DNA of 64,000 bases from Pelagomonas calceolata (taxonomy: Eukaryota): positions 4,712,001-4,776,000 of the forward strand of contig CAKKNE010000005.1 of NCBI GenBank assembly GCA_918797485.1, read 5' to 3'. Below the pieces are notes generated by a model, which saw nothing but the letters and a program-made list of their open reading frames with translations, was not told where the DNA came from and searched no databases. This document shows, piece after piece, positions 21,910-33,127 of this stretch. A program made the position numbers and the translations under genes. Positions within the stretch are counted from its first letter, which is position 1. The number at the start of each line of letters is the position of its first letter.

Positions 21910-22923
21910 ATGGCAGCGCAGCAATTAGCCGTCAACGTCGTCGACTTCGCGAAGGCGCGCCTGCCCGAGCTCGAGGCCCTCGACGAGGAACTGGACAAGA
22001 ATCAGAGAGATGCGCCGCGCCACTTGAGACGCCGGGCGCGGAGCCACACGGCGCCGTTCCTCGCGAAGAAGAACCCGAACAATCCCAACCCGACGCGGCG
22101 CGCGCGGCGCAAGCCCTCAGAATTGCTCAAAGCGCACGACCCGCATGCAGCAGATGTCACATTGCGCTTCCTCGAGACGCACGTCTGGCACGCGAAGCGC
22201 TTCGCCATGGTCGACGAGGGCGGCTGGCGGCGGCCCGATTACCGGCGCGACCGGGGCCTCAAGGCGGCGCTGCGAAGTTTAAGAACCGCGGCCCTCGTCT
22301 TCGACGCGACGGCGGAGCGGACGGTCGAGGTCGCTCCCCGTGAATGGGCCGTCGGCGCGGAGGGATCCCAAGTCCCGGGCGGCCTCGTGCGCTTCGAGGT
22401 CCGCGGCTGCAAGGCGCGCGACGTCGTCGCCGCGTTGATCGGCGCGGCGCCGTCCGACGCGGCGATGGCCCTGGACGTGCCGGACCCGCGCGAGCGCGTC
22501 GACGAGGCGCCGACGCCGAGCGAGGCCATCTTCTCCCAGGAAGCTCGGCGCGCGTCGTCCGCCGCCGTCGCGGCGCGCACCGACGACAAAATTAATAGTG
22601 CGCGCCACGCCGACGATCGGCCGGCGCCGCTGCGCGCGCCGTGCCTCGTCGTGCCCCGGCCCGCGGCCCACGGCGCGGGCGGCTGGGACGTCGTGGCGCC
22701 GCCGAACTGGGGCCGGCCCCTCTGGCACGCGCTCGTGCGCCACGCGTGCGGCCACGCGGGCGGGCGCAAGGAGCGGCGCCTCGTCGACGCCGTCGCCGCG
22801 GGCGAGGACATGGACGCGTATTTGCAGCGCGAGGGGCCGGGGCGGCCGCGGCGCGAGAAGAAGCGATGGGTTCCGGTCGCGAAGAAGAAGAAGCCTCCAC
22901 CAGCGGCTGAGAGTAAGAGTTAA
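21910..22923 (+). CDS. POP1: RNase P/MRP subunit POP1 (very compact)
   Basis: F..AR..E; PRHLRRRARSH; LETHVWHAKRF; POPLD-like GWDVVAP..WG.PLW..LV. Confidence 0.82.
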   Translation: MAAQQLAVNVVDFAKARLPELEALDEELDKNQRDAPRHLRRRARSHTAPFLAKKNPNNPNPTRRARRKPSELLKAHDPHAADVTLRFLETHVWHAKRFAMVDEGGWRRPDYRRDRGLKAALRSLRTAALVFDATAERTVEVAPREWAVGAEGSQVPGGLVRFEVRGCKARDVVAALIGAAPSDAAMALDVPDPRERVDEAPTPSEAIFSQEARRASSAAVAARTDDKINSARHADDRPAPLRAPCLVVPRPAAHGAGGWDVVAPPNWGRPLWHALVRHACGHAGGRKERRLVDAVAAGEDMDAYLQREGPGRPRREKKRWVPVAKKKKPPPAAESKS

Positions 22924-22938
22924 TGACTTAAACAACAA

Positions 22939-23685
22939 CTAGCCCCGCCTGATGTTCGCGACGAGCGACAGGTAGACGGTCCACACCAAGTAGGCGGCGC
23001 TCGTCGCGATCACGGTGTACTTTGGCGGCAGGAGCCGGAAATTAAACGTTTGGACGATACTCCAGTAGACGCAAGAGCGGAGGCAAGTCGCTGGTAAATC
23101 GGCCCGTATCTTCCGGCCGTACTCGCGTCGCTTCTCGGCGTTGAAGCGCAATACTGGAGGATCACGGGTGAGGATCACGAATGCGAAGAAGCCCGCGTTA
23201 AGACCCGGTGACATAACAAGCTGATTGACGAACACTTTTCCCGCCAGCTGCCAGTTGCTCGTCTTGTAGAGCGGGAACAGCCACCGGAGCAGCACAAACC
23301 ACTGCTGGAGCATGGCGCCGCTCACGACGGAGCCCCACAGGGCGATCCAGGCCGTCCGCGGGTAATCGTACACTGCACACTCATCGAGCTTCGCTTCCGT
23401 GTCCACGCACAACCGCTGCGCTACTGCATCCGACGTCATGGCGAGGCAGGCGGCTGTAACCATATTCGTGCGGAGAGGCGCTCTCGCGAGCAAATTCGTG
23501 TACGACTCGAACAGACCGCCGCCAAACCCGCCGCGCAGCTTTTGTACGGCAATTACTTGACGGCTACCGTCGCGTAGCCGCCCAGTTGCATCGATGCGAC
23601 GCAAGCGCTGCAATGGTTGCAGTGGGCCAGCTGCTGCTACAGCCCAAATCAGTGCAGAGGCGCGCCACCACTGACACCACTGCAT
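22939..23685 (-). CDS. Mpv17/PMP22 family membrane protein
   Basis: PLRTNMVTA...SDAVAQ; YD..RT; KVFVNQLV.SP; VQTFNF.LLP; WTVYLS. Confidence 0.85.
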   Translation of the reverse strand: MQWCQWWRASALIWAVAAAGPLQPLQRLRRIDATGRLRDGSRQVIAVQKLRGGFGGGLFESYTNLLARAPLRTNMVTAACLAMTSDAVAQRLCVDTEAKLDECAVYDYPRTAWIALWGSVVSGAMLQQWFVLLRWLFPLYKTSNWQLAGKVFVNQLVMSPGLNAGFFAFVILTRDPPVLRFNAEKRREYGRKIRADLPATCLRSCVYWSIVQTFNFRLLPPKYTVIATSAAYLVWTVYLSLVANIRRG

Positions 23686-23779
23686 GCTGGCGATTAATAC
23701 GAAATGTGCGCGCTGTCTGGCCTGCGCCAACGCGGCTCCTATGCTCGTGCGTGTTGTGCGCCTTGCTTGCTAGGCATCC

Positions 23780-23801
23780 CTAGTGTCTTACAGGCCGCTA
23801 G
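23780..23801 (-). promoter_or_regulatory. recurrent promoter motif
   Basis: CTAGTGTCTTACaggcCGCTAG. Confidence 0.7.
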
Positions 23802-23905
23802 CCCACCTAAAGCGCGGGAGCCCTGGAAGCCGCGCCCCGGGGACGGGATCTCCTCAAACTGGCTCATTGCCGAACTGACTCATCGCCAGGCACGCGCCTT
23901 GCTTG

Positions 23906-23926
23906 CTAGTGTCTTACCGGCGCTAG
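23906..23926 (-). promoter_or_regulatory. recurrent promoter motif (second copy in same intergenic region)
   Basis: CTAGTGTCTTACcggCGCTAG. Confidence 0.7.
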
Positions 23927-24108
23927 CTCCAGCTGCTGCACAGCCGACGCGTTTGGCATTACGGCGCAACGTTACGACGCGCCAGCATCAACAACAGTAG
24001 ACCGACATCGTGCAAGGCGTTTCCCTCATTTTCATTGAATTCCTTGCGCTGCGAGACAAGGAAACAAGCAGGTGCAGCGCGCAGTTTCTGATCGATAACT
24101 CCGCGACG

Positions 24109-24837
24109 ATGTCGTATCGGCGGGCCGCACTGCTCATAACAGCTGCAAACATCCATGGCTTCCACCATACGCCATCGCTGCGACGGCCAAAGCTCAGGGC
24201 CGCCAGCATCGGTGAATGCGACGTGAGTCTGCCGGACGAGACGCGCGATCTCGTAAACGCAGGTGCTGCACCTGTGGACGCGGCATACGCGTATGAACTA
24301 CGATTTGACGGCGGGTGTCGAGGCAACCCGGGACCCGCGGGCCTCGGCGCCGTGCTCTACAAGGACGGCGCCACCGTGTGGGCGGGATGGTGCGACGTGC
24401 CGGACCCGGCCACGACGAATAACGTCGCGGAATACAGCGCGTTCCTGTTCGGCTGCGAGGCGCTGCGGCGGTTCAAGGTCGACCGCGTCTCTATTTTGGG
24501 TGACTCGAAGCTGGTGATAAGTCAGGTGAAGGGCGACTGGCAGTGCCGCGAGAAGCACCTGATCGCGCTGCGGGACCGCGTGCGGGCCGCACTCACAAAT
24601 ATCGACTGGACCGCGCGCAACGTGCCGCGTGCCCAAAACGCTGTGGCGGACGCACTCGCGAACCACGCCATGGACTCGCACACGAGCGGCAGCTGCGCGC
24701 CATCATCGCCATCGGCGCCGCCGCCCGCGGCGGCCGGCGACCGCGCCGCTGAAAAAGCGGCCGCGCTCGCGGTCGTGGCGAGCCTGCGCGCGCTCGCCGA
24801 CGCGGAGGAAAAACGCATCGAGGAGGAGTACACATAA
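24109..24837 (+). CDS. bacterial/archaeal-type ribonuclease HI-like protein with probable plastid presequence
   Basis: FDGGCRGNPGPAG; TNNVAEY; GDSKLVISQVKG.W; VPRAQNAVADALAN; N-term ...IHG-F. Confidence 0.85.
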   Translation: MSYRRAALLITAANIHGFHHTPSLRRPKLRAASIGECDVSLPDETRDLVNAGAAPVDAAYAYELRFDGGCRGNPGPAGLGAVLYKDGATVWAGWCDVPDPATTNNVAEYSAFLFGCEALRRFKVDRVSILGDSKLVISQVKGDWQCREKHLIALRDRVRAALTNIDWTARNVPRAQNAVADALANHAMDSHTSGSCAPSSPSAPPPAAAGDRAAEKAAALAVVASLRALADAEEKRIEEEYT

Positions 24838-24849
24838 CACAAGTCTTAT

Positions 24850-26016
24850 CTAGTTCAGGAACGGGTCCGCCAACAGCATCCGAAAGAACTTCCCTCCTTC
24901 CCCGAACTCCTGCTTCGCCGCGCGAAGCAATCCGAGGCATTCGTCCCTCCGGTCGTCGTCGCGCAGGGCCAGCAAACAAACGCCCACCGTCGCCCGGCAG
25001 TGAGCTCTTTCCCGTTCGGGCACTGCCTTCATCTCGATCTGTGGAAATCAACCAGTGCGTCGGGTGCACCCGAAAATTCTTCACTAGTCTAGTCATTTCT
25101 CGGCGACGACGTGGCCGCGCTGGCTCCGTCGAGCGGTGAGGAACCGACACCGCCACGCTATCGAGCAGGCGTCGCGTCGATGGCGTGGAGGTCGACGCGG
25201 CGATTCAGGACGAACGCGCGCCGTAAATTTGATTTCCACACAGATCTCCACGTCTTGCTCGGCCACCAAGAGCGTGCGTTCCACGACACCTAGGAGTCGG
25301 GCTGGGTCCTCTCCTTTCTCATAAATCATCCGCAGATTCCTCAGCATCCGCGCTGCCAGCGAGAGACCCTCGAGAGGGGAAACATCGGTCAGCTGCGACC
25401 GCGCGTTCTCAAGCACGTTTCCGCCCCCGAACGCGTCCACCACAAAGGTCTCGGAAGTGTCGTCCGGAGCTACTAGAACATGCATCGGCGTGTTGAGCAG
25501 AGAGAACGGTGTGCCCGCGGCGGCACAAGCTCTCGCAAAAACCAAGCTCATCGTGATCGGGATGCCTCGGCGTCTCCGAATGACTTCGTCGATGAGCGAG
25601 TTGGCTGGATTGTAGTAGTCGTCGACGTCTCCCGCGAAGAATTCAATTTTTGTATTGTTCTCCTCGGGCAGGCCCTGATCGCCGAACATCGCAGCACCGA
25701 CAGCGCGCGCCACGACCGCCGCACCGCTGCGGTCCCCGAGCATCAGCTCAAGGCGTGCGCGCGTCGTCGCTCGGGCAGCCAGCTCGTCCAGCGCCTCGGT
25801 GACTCGTTTTTCACAAGCGGAGAGCGGCTCGTCTGGCTTCTCTTCGGCCGCGATTGCTATAGCGATTGCGAGGTCGTCAGGTTTGGGACGTGCTATCTCT
25901 GCGGCAAAAGCATTGCGCGCCTCGCAACCGCTACGGAGGCGTGCGTCCTGCAGCGGCGTCAGCGCTGCTGCTGCTGCTGTGCATGTCAGCAGCCAAAGTG
26001 TTGCACGGTGCAGCAT
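24850..26016 (-). CDS. SirB1/Transglut_core2-like protein; exons 26016-25252 and 25038-24850
   Basis: DYYNPANSLIDEVIRRRRGIPITMSLV; P.H; VVDAFGGG; RMLRNLR..Y; splice gives AEQD|IEMK. Confidence 0.8.
25039..25243 (-). mobile_element. introner/MITE copy 3 (205 bp); GT-AG intron 25251-25039 on minus strand
   Basis: Reverse-complement homologue of copy 1; one TIR lacks 2 nt but keeps CAG; gene-strand TSD gtggagat/atcgagat. Confidence 0.9.
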
Positions 26017-26141
26017 GACTCGAATGGATGCGATTTCGCACTCGCACCGCTGCGACCGATCACTGTCCTCCCTCCTGCGCCCGCTCCTTGCGTCTGTCGC
26101 TGCGCAAGAGTACAAGAGGCAGCTCAAGCCTGGCTGGCTTG

Positions 26142-26164
26142 CTAGTGCCTTACAAAAGCGCTAG
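26142..26164 (-). promoter_or_regulatory. recurrent promoter motif (variant)
   Basis: CTAGTGCCTTACaaaagCGCTAG. Confidence 0.6.
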
Positions 26165-26334
26165 GTTATATCTGGACTACAAAGGATACAAACTAAACGC
26201 CATCGCCGCCGCCCGGGACCGCCTCCACCGGTGCCGCGTCAGCACGTGCAACCAGTACGGCCAGAACGCTTTTCGCAGATCGAAGCCGAACGGCCCGCGC
26301 GCCCTCACCGTGGAGTACTGCGCGATACCCGGAA

Positions 26335-26799
26335 ATGGGGCAGTTGACTCTGGAAGCCAATATTGCGAATTGCCTAAGGAAACTAGGGAGGGTCCAAGAA
26401 TGCATTGCGCGGATGCGAGCTAATTTCGTTGCGAGCCAAAGCGAGTTCGGATCCGAGGATGAATTGACTTTGATAGCCGCAACTAGTTTGTCTCTCGCAC
26501 TCTTAGATGCTCAAGATTATGCCGGATGCACGCAATTCATACAAGAGAATTCTCTTTTGGACAAGGTCGGACGCTTCCTTGGGCCCGAGAACGCCACTAC
26601 GATGGTTCTCCGCAGGAGTCAGGCGACGGCTCTCTGCTTGGACGAGGAAGCTTCCTTGGACGACGTGCGCCGAGCCGTGGAAATCTTGGAGGACGTCAGC
26701 GCAATATCAAATAGGGTTCTCGGCCCCGACTACCCCACCTCTCAAAAGGCCCAAGAGCACCTCGACGCCGCGCGGGAGAAACTCTCGCACGCCGAATAG
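26335..26799 (+). CDS. TPR-like repeat protein fragment (same family as C-terminus of 2834-4045)
   Basis: LDDVRRAVEILED...RVLGPDYP resembles LDDVREAATTLEE...RVLGGGHP; 5' end unclear, may be a pseudogene. Confidence 0.5.
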   Translation: MGQLTLEANIANCLRKLGRVQECIARMRANFVASQSEFGSEDELTLIAATSLSLALLDAQDYAGCTQFIQENSLLDKVGRFLGPENATTMVLRRSQATALCLDEEASLDDVRRAVEILEDVSAISNRVLGPDYPTSQKAQEHLDAAREKLSHAE

Positions 26800-26887
26800 T
26801 ACGCGGCCGCGTAAGACCGAGTCATAAAGAGATACTACTTATACACTGATGTTGGGAATATGTGCACACCCCCAAATGAGGCATCGC

Positions 26888-28528
26888 TCAGCGCACGAAC
26901 CGCGGCACGTCGAGCGCCGTCGCCACGGACAGCACGTGGTCCAGCGCCCGTTTCGCATCGCTGTCCGTCACCATGACGTCTAATAACCAATCCGGTAAAG
27001 CGTCGTCCGAGCCCACGATCGCCGCCCCGTCCTTGACGAGGGGCTTGCAGTACGCCACACTTTTATCGGTCTCCGCGACCCGCTTCGCCGCACTCGCCAG
27101 CCCATCCACCACGCCCGACTTCTGGTTCGTGACATAAGTATACGCGACGGCCGTGTTCTCGATCGAGACGTGGGGGTTGCAGGGGATGCCCACGGCCGTG
27201 AATAACGTCTCCTCGACCAGATCCACGCCAGAAGCCAGTAAATGTGTTTTGCGCACCTGCCCGCCGCCCATGCGCGCGTTGATTTCTATCAATCGCGGAC
27301 CTCTACTCGTAAGTTTGCACTCCACATGAAACACCCCACAGTCGAAGCCGCAGCACTTTAATGAGTCAATGGCGAGTTTTTGTAGCGATGCTTGCCCCTC
27401 GGCTGGTAATAAAGACGGACACACGCCCCACGTCTCGGCAAAGTACGGCTCCGCCGTCGGCCCGTTGTCTACCACTTTGGCATACCTCGCCTCGCCTAAA
27501 CCCATGACCACGTCCACGTCGACCTCCGGCCCGTCCAAATACTCCTCGAGCAGGAACGACGGGTCCTCTCCATTGGGATCCGATGGCGCCGTCGGGTCCT
27601 TCTTCACGAGTGCACCCGACGAGACGACCGTGGCGCGCATCTCCGCCAGTACATCCGCGTAGCACCTTTGTAGTTCAGCTTCAGAGTCGACCTTCTTGAC
27701 ACCTAACGACGCCGCGCCGTTCAGCGGCTTGAGCACCGCGGGGAAGCCGACCACAGAAGCCGCTTGTTTGAGATCAGTTTCGTCGTTCACCCGGTAGCAA
27801 CTCGGCGACGGTAAGCCAGCCGCTTTCATCGCCGCGCGCGTCGAGTGCTTGTCCCGGGCCGTGTCGACGGCCGCCGACGACGGCCCCGGCAGGCCCAGCG
27901 TCTCGGCGAGGCGCGCGACCAAAGGCACGCTGAGCTCGCAGAACGTGCAGACGCCCGCCGGCATCGAGAAGCCCTCCTCGCGCCCTAGTGCCCTTATGGC
28001 CGCCGCGCAGTCATTTAATACGGACGTCGAGTCGCGATTCAAATCCAACGGTATAAACTTCGCGATGACCCGCTCGCCAACCATGCGCTCGGCCCAGGAC
28101 CCCGGCGCGTCGATGACGACGCTTCGCACTCCTAAATCCTTCGCCCTTTCAAAGACGAAGCGCTTGCCCTCGTAGCCCGGCGTCACAAAAACGACCGTCG
28201 CGCCGTGGAGCATGACCCGCCGCAACGCCTGGCCGCCGGCGCCCGGCGTCATGGCTAAATCGCTCGGGATCCGGTCCCTTAACGAGTAGTAGAGCGCTTG
28301 ATCCTTCGCCTCGTTGCGCTCATCTAATGATTTCCGTCTTGGTAACGACGCCGCCGGGCCCTTGACGATCTGCTCCTGGAGGAAATGACCCTTGCCGAGG
28401 CTCCCGATCTCGGCGGCCGTGTCGTTCGCGGCCGCGCGGCCGCCCCGGAAGCTGGAGCCCTTCCGCGAGGCGCCGAGGGGCACGAAGCCTTCGCGCCTCG
28501 CCGCGTCGGCGTCGATCATGGTCGACAT
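26888..28528 (-). CDS. ATP-grasp ligase (carnosine synthase / L-amino-acid ligase-like)
   Basis: ARDK..TR; GFPAVLKPLNGAASLGV; LLEEYLDGPEVDVD; GVFHVE; LIEINARMGG. Confidence 0.85.
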   Translation of the reverse strand: MSTMIDADAARREGFVPLGASRKGSSFRGGRAAANDTAAEIGSLGKGHFLQEQIVKGPAASLPRRKSLDERNEAKDQALYYSLRDRIPSDLAMTPGAGGQALRRVMLHGATVVFVTPGYEGKRFVFERAKDLGVRSVVIDAPGSWAERMVGERVIAKFIPLDLNRDSTSVLNDCAAAIRALGREEGFSMPAGVCTFCELSVPLVARLAETLGLPGPSSAAVDTARDKHSTRAAMKAAGLPSPSCYRVNDETDLKQAASVVGFPAVLKPLNGAASLGVKKVDSEAELQRCYADVLAEMRATVVSSGALVKKDPTAPSDPNGEDPSFLLEEYLDGPEVDVDVVMGLGEARYAKVVDNGPTAEPYFAETWGVCPSLLPAEGQASLQKLAIDSLKCCGFDCGVFHVECKLTSRGPRLIEINARMGGGQVRKTHLLASGVDLVEETLFTAVGIPCNPHVSIENTAVAYTYVTNQKSGVVDGLASAAKRVAETDKSVAYCKPLVKDGAAIVGSDDALPDWLLDVMVTDSDAKRALDHVLSVATALDVPRFVR

Positions 28529-28960
28529 CGCTGCGCAATTGCAAAATAGAAGGCTGGGTTGTAGAGGGCGATGACGATCCACAGCAGCCGCGGCTCGCGC
28601 GGCGCTCGCGCAGTATGAATCGTACAGCGCGTACGACTGCGCAGCACAGCAGCCGCGAGCTATTAGCGCGTTTTGACGGCGCGCTCCCGCAGCCTAGCCT
28701 GCCTCGACGCGAGATGTGGATGACCGATGGCCGTCGCACCTCACCCGTGATCACCCGTGACGACGACGCAGACGACGCGTGGGCCGAGGGGAGGACGGGT
28801 GGAGGCAAGGCACGGTCGTTTTTTCCGGCATGCGGCGCGCGGCCGCCGCGACGCAAACAGCGCGCACTAGATCGAGACGACGTCGACGCGCCCGTCGCCC
28901 AGCACTCACGATAGCAGACGCCACGCGACGAAAAAGAAACGATATGGATGTACTTAACAC

Positions 28961-29884
28961 TTACTCGATCTCGTCCGGGTCCTCGCCCCGCAACGCGGAC
29001 AAGACGCGGTCCATGGCCTCCGCCTCGGCGAACTGCTCCTCGGCCGTCTTCGCGGGCCAGAAGCGCCAGGGCTTGAACGTAGGTTTCCCATTTTTGATCG
29101 TCCACTTGCCCTTCATGACCGTATCGTCGATCACCGCCGTGTCCACCTCGAAGGCCGCCTCCTGGATATCGGCCCACTCCTCCGCCGTGACGTCGTCCGC
29201 AACCAAATCCACTTTGACCATGTCGAGGTCGTCGTCTTCTCTCATTTCTCGCCTCTCATACGGTTCCAGCTCGTCATCGTCCTCTTCTACACCAAGAGAA
29301 TCAGCGTGGATGTCGGCCCAGTCGTCCTCGATGTCAGAATCGTCCTTCTCAATGATCGCGGGGGCTTCGCCCTTCGCCACGCTTACCGCGTGCCGTATCC
29401 TATCTTTCACGGACTTGGACAAATCGACCTGCTCCGTGAGGCCCATGGCGTTGGCTCGGAACATGAAGCCCGCCCAGTTCGTCAAATCCTTCAGTCCCGC
29501 GCCTATTCTTTCATGGGTCGACTCGTAGAGTTCCCTCTCTCCCGCCACCAGGGATTCGAGCACGGCTCCTGTCGGTGGTCGGTCGTCATCTAAGGGCGGC
29601 TTCTCGTCCACGCCCCTTTGTACACTGGCCAGGTTCGACAGCGCCGGTCGCCGTCTCCTTCTTTCCGCGCCGAACGCGGGTTGGGGGGCGTCGTCGTCGT
29701 TGCCGGCGCGGCAGGCGACGCTGCGGCGGGGTCTAAACGGCGCGGCGGCGGCGCCGGGCTCTACGCCCCGCGCGCGGCGAAAGTTTGGCCTCCTGCTCTG
29801 AGCCAGCTGTTTGGCGCCCGGTGAAAGCGCGCTCGCTGCGGCGAAAACGACGATGGCACGTCGTATCCTTCGAGGTGCTGGCAT
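28961..29884 (-). CDS. hypothetical acidic protein with probable plastid presequence
   Basis: Signal-like AAASAL then basic transit-like region; no domain recognised. Confidence 0.55.
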   Translation of the reverse strand: MPAPRRIRRAIVVFAAASALSPGAKQLAQSRRPNFRRARGVEPGAAAAPFRPRRSVACRAGNDDDAPQPAFGAERRRRRPALSNLASVQRGVDEKPPLDDDRPPTGAVLESLVAGERELYESTHERIGAGLKDLTNWAGFMFRANAMGLTEQVDLSKSVKDRIRHAVSVAKGEAPAIIEKDDSDIEDDWADIHADSLGVEEDDDELEPYERREMREDDDLDMVKVDLVADDVTAEEWADIQEAAFEVDTAVIDDTVMKGKWTIKNGKPTFKPWRFWPAKTAEEQFAEAEAMDRVLSALRGEDPDEIE

Positions 29885-30373
29885 CGTTCCCTGGCTCTTG
29901 CGCTGCGGCAATTCGTGCGGCCGTCAACGAAGCCGTGCCAATGCCCTAACACAAAAGTTGGCATGCGCCTCTTCGTAAGACGCCGCGCCGGCAGCCCTCT
30001 CAAAAACGGCGGCAAGCGCACCGCACGCGTCCCACGGCCCCCGCAAAGACGCGTCGCCGGTTCCCATTCGAACGCCCAGCCACAAAACACCCCAAACTCA
30101 CATGCTATAAGAGGCCTCCGGCGCAGCCCGTCCCAGCCCTAAAGGCCCCCCAGAAACAAAGCTCAAACCAAGACCATCGCTACGCACCCCCCTCCTCTGT
30201 CCACCTGCGACGAGGCTCCAATATAGCCTCTCGCGCAAGTCCGCGGACGCCCGCCGGCAGCCCCCCGCCACCTTAGACGGGCGCCCCGCAGCCTACAGAA
30301 GGCCCCAAAAAAGCCCCGGCCCGCGCCGCGCCCCCGCGCCGCGCGCCGGGCAGCCGAAAGGCGCGCGCCGCCG

Positions 30374-33119
30374 ATGATGCGCGCCGAGACGCGCCAGTCG
30401 ACCGCGGCGGCCGCCGGACCGCCCGCGAGCGAGCCCCCGCCCCCGAAGGCCAACTTCGAGCCGGAAGACCGGCCGAAGAAGGAGCCCACGAAGCCCGAGG
30501 CGTTTTTGGCGCGGCAGCGCCAGCTCGGGAGCCTGGGCGGGAAGTGCGCCGGTAGTGTTGGAGAGAACAAGTTCTTGGTGGAGGTCGCCGTCGACGGGCG
30601 CGCGAGGTGTCAACTGCGGACGTGCAAGGAGCCTCTCAAAATAGGAGAATTACGTTTAGGGAAGCGGCCGCCGTCGCGACCTGTGTGGAAATCAATTCTT
30701 TACGAAGTGGTGATGAACCGGCATCGCCACGCCATCGAGCAAGACGATTCAGTACGAACGCGCCGTAACACACAGGTCGCTGCGCCACGGCCACAACCCC
30801 AAGGTCACGTGGTACCACCCGGAGTGCGCCATGAAGGCCTTTCTCGCGTGCTCCGCCAAAAGCAGAGTAGTAGAGAAAGTCGAAGATATCGACCACGGCT
30901 GGGACGCGCTGTCTGACACGAACAAAGCCTTCATTCGATCCATCGTCGACGGCGCGCCGAAGTCGCAAGCGCCGCGCAAAATCCAACGGAAGCCGTCGCC
31001 GCCCACCGAGAAGATCAACGAGACGGACGAGAGCTTGTGGGTGCCGAAGCGGGGCGACGACTGCTACAGTTTGTGGCGGGGAGTCTGGTACCCGGCGAAG
31101 ATCGTGAGCGTGATCCGAGACACCTACGAGGTCCATTATAGTGGATGGGGCACGCAGCACGACCACTCGACGTCGCGGAAGCACTTAAGACACAAGGACT
31201 ACGACTTCGACCTCGACGACCCCAGCGCGCCGAAGCCGGCGCCCCAGCCCTCGCAACACATCCTCCGGTCGAACCAGCAGCCCGAAAGTCCGGACGCCGG
31301 CCGCACGGGCTTGTACCGGTCGCCGGAAAAGGGCTCGGACGGCGCGCCGTTGCACAACATGTTGGATCTGTTCGCCGAATCTTCGGATGAGGAGGACGAG
31401 AAGGACTCGCGGAAAGCGTGTGAATTGAGAAGGGTCGGCGGGCCCTGGCGGAGGTTTAGTTCGAGAAAAGCCGCCGCGAAGGCATTTCCCGGTGCCATTA
31501 CCTCCTCCGACGTCTCGCGACTCATCGCCGCCCCCGATAAATGTCCCCGCAGAGTGAGGGACGCCTTCGAGGCGAGGGAGGTGCGGTCCATGAAGCGCTG
31601 CCCGGCGTGTGGGGTTGAGCGCGCCCATCCCGCCATGTTCCGCGACGACACCGGCCGCTCGACGAAGAACTGCAAGAAGTGCCCCCAGGAACTCGAGGAG
31701 AACCCCTACGCCAAGACCTATGGCAAACGGCCCACGGCGCCGCCCACGGCCCATTCGGCGCCGGGCCCCGCCTGGGAGCACCGTTCCGTACAAAAGCGCA
31801 AGCGGCCGGGCGGGCTGCGCGCCGCGCCGCCGACGAAACGGCGCGCCGATCTGGGCTACGAGCCCTCCTCGTCGAAGAGTGGTGGTCTCAGGGACGTCCT
31901 CCAAGCGGCCCAAGCGCTCGCGCCGCCGCCGCCCGGCTCCAAGAAGACGGGCCCCGTGCCCGTGAAGTTGAGTGCGGTCAAGGTCAAACAATTACTCATG
32001 ACGGACAAGGCGGACATGAGAGGGGAAGAATTGTGCGCCGCGTTGGACGCGGGCGGCCCGAACCAGACCCAGGACGACTACGGTAGATGTGGTGGCATGT
32101 TGAGTGGAAGGTTGGGGCCGAACAAGTTCTGCGTGGACTACGAGAGACAGATCCGGTCGAAGTGTAAGCGGCTGCGGTGCAAGCGGTCGTTCAACGATGG
32201 TGAATTACGCGTTGGTAAAATACCACCTAGGGCGAGAAAAGATGTACCAGCTAGACGGGTCCACTGGTACCACCCCGCTTGTATTTTCAAGAGCTTTGAG
32301 CGCGCTTCCAAAAAGACGAAGACGATCGACACTGTGGAGGACATGGAGGGCTTCGCCGAGCTCAAGGAGGCGGACAAGGCCGACCTGACCTCGCGCGTCG
32401 CGGCCTGGGTCGCGCGCAAGGCGGCGATGAACGCCAACTACAAGCCCAAGAAGCGCAAGCGCCGGGGCGGCGACTGGCTGCCGTCGCCGACACAATCCTT
32501 CGACAACACGGCGTCCTTTGATGATGGAGAGGAGGACGACGGTGAAGAGGAGGCCGACGAGGAGGCTGTGGACTTGCTGGTGGGCCTCACGCAGCAGCGG
32601 CCCGCCGTCGCGCGGTCGCCGCACGACGAGGGCGCGGCCGAGCTCCTCGCGGCGCTCGCCGGGTCGCCGCCGCCTCCATCAAACGCGGCGGCGCCCTCCT
32701 CCACTGAAACGTTCGCCGTCGGCGACGTCGTCGAGGCGAATTTTGAAGGCGCGGGACACTGGTACCCCGGCAGAATTGCGTCGTTGGACTCCGGGAGCTA
32801 TGAAATTGCCTACGACGACGGCGAGAGCGAGTCGGGCGTCTCGCCGGCCGACGTGCGGCGCGCGCCGGCGCCGCCCCCCGCGGGCGGCGGTTATGTGGAT
32901 GCGGTCCTCACGGCGCCGCCGGCATCAACAGAGGAGATCGCGCACTCCGAGGCCCCGAAGCCCGCCGAACCCCCATCCACGGTCATCACGCCCCCCGCGA
33001 CGCAGTCGCGGCCGCAGCTCGACGACGAGAAGGAGCGGCTGCGCCTCGAGCGAGACGCTGCTCGTAGAGAGCTCGAGGCCCTCAAGGCGCAGCTAGCTCA
33101 ACAATCCTCCTCTGCTTAA
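30374..33119 (+). CDS. protein with two PARP-type zinc fingers and Tudor-like domains; exons 30374-30672 and 30776-33119
   Basis: Splicing completes zf-PARP (RARCQLRTCKEPLKIGELRLG...WYHPEC); second zf-PARP (RSKCKRLRCK...HWYHPACIF); WYPAKI...YEVHYSGW and WYPGRI...YEIAYDDG Tudor-like motifs. Confidence 0.82.
30681..30775 (-). mobile_element. internally deleted introner copy (95 bp); GT-AG intron 30673-30775
   Basis: Left TIR perfect, right reduced to cacacag; internal blocks are reverse complement of copy 1; TSD gtcgcgac/gtcgctgc. Confidence 0.85.
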
Positions 33120-33127
33120 CAACACAC

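Noticed and set aside
24109..24837. RNase H as a retroelement remnant
   Set aside because: Stand-alone with a targeting presequence; no RT, integrase or LTRs nearby
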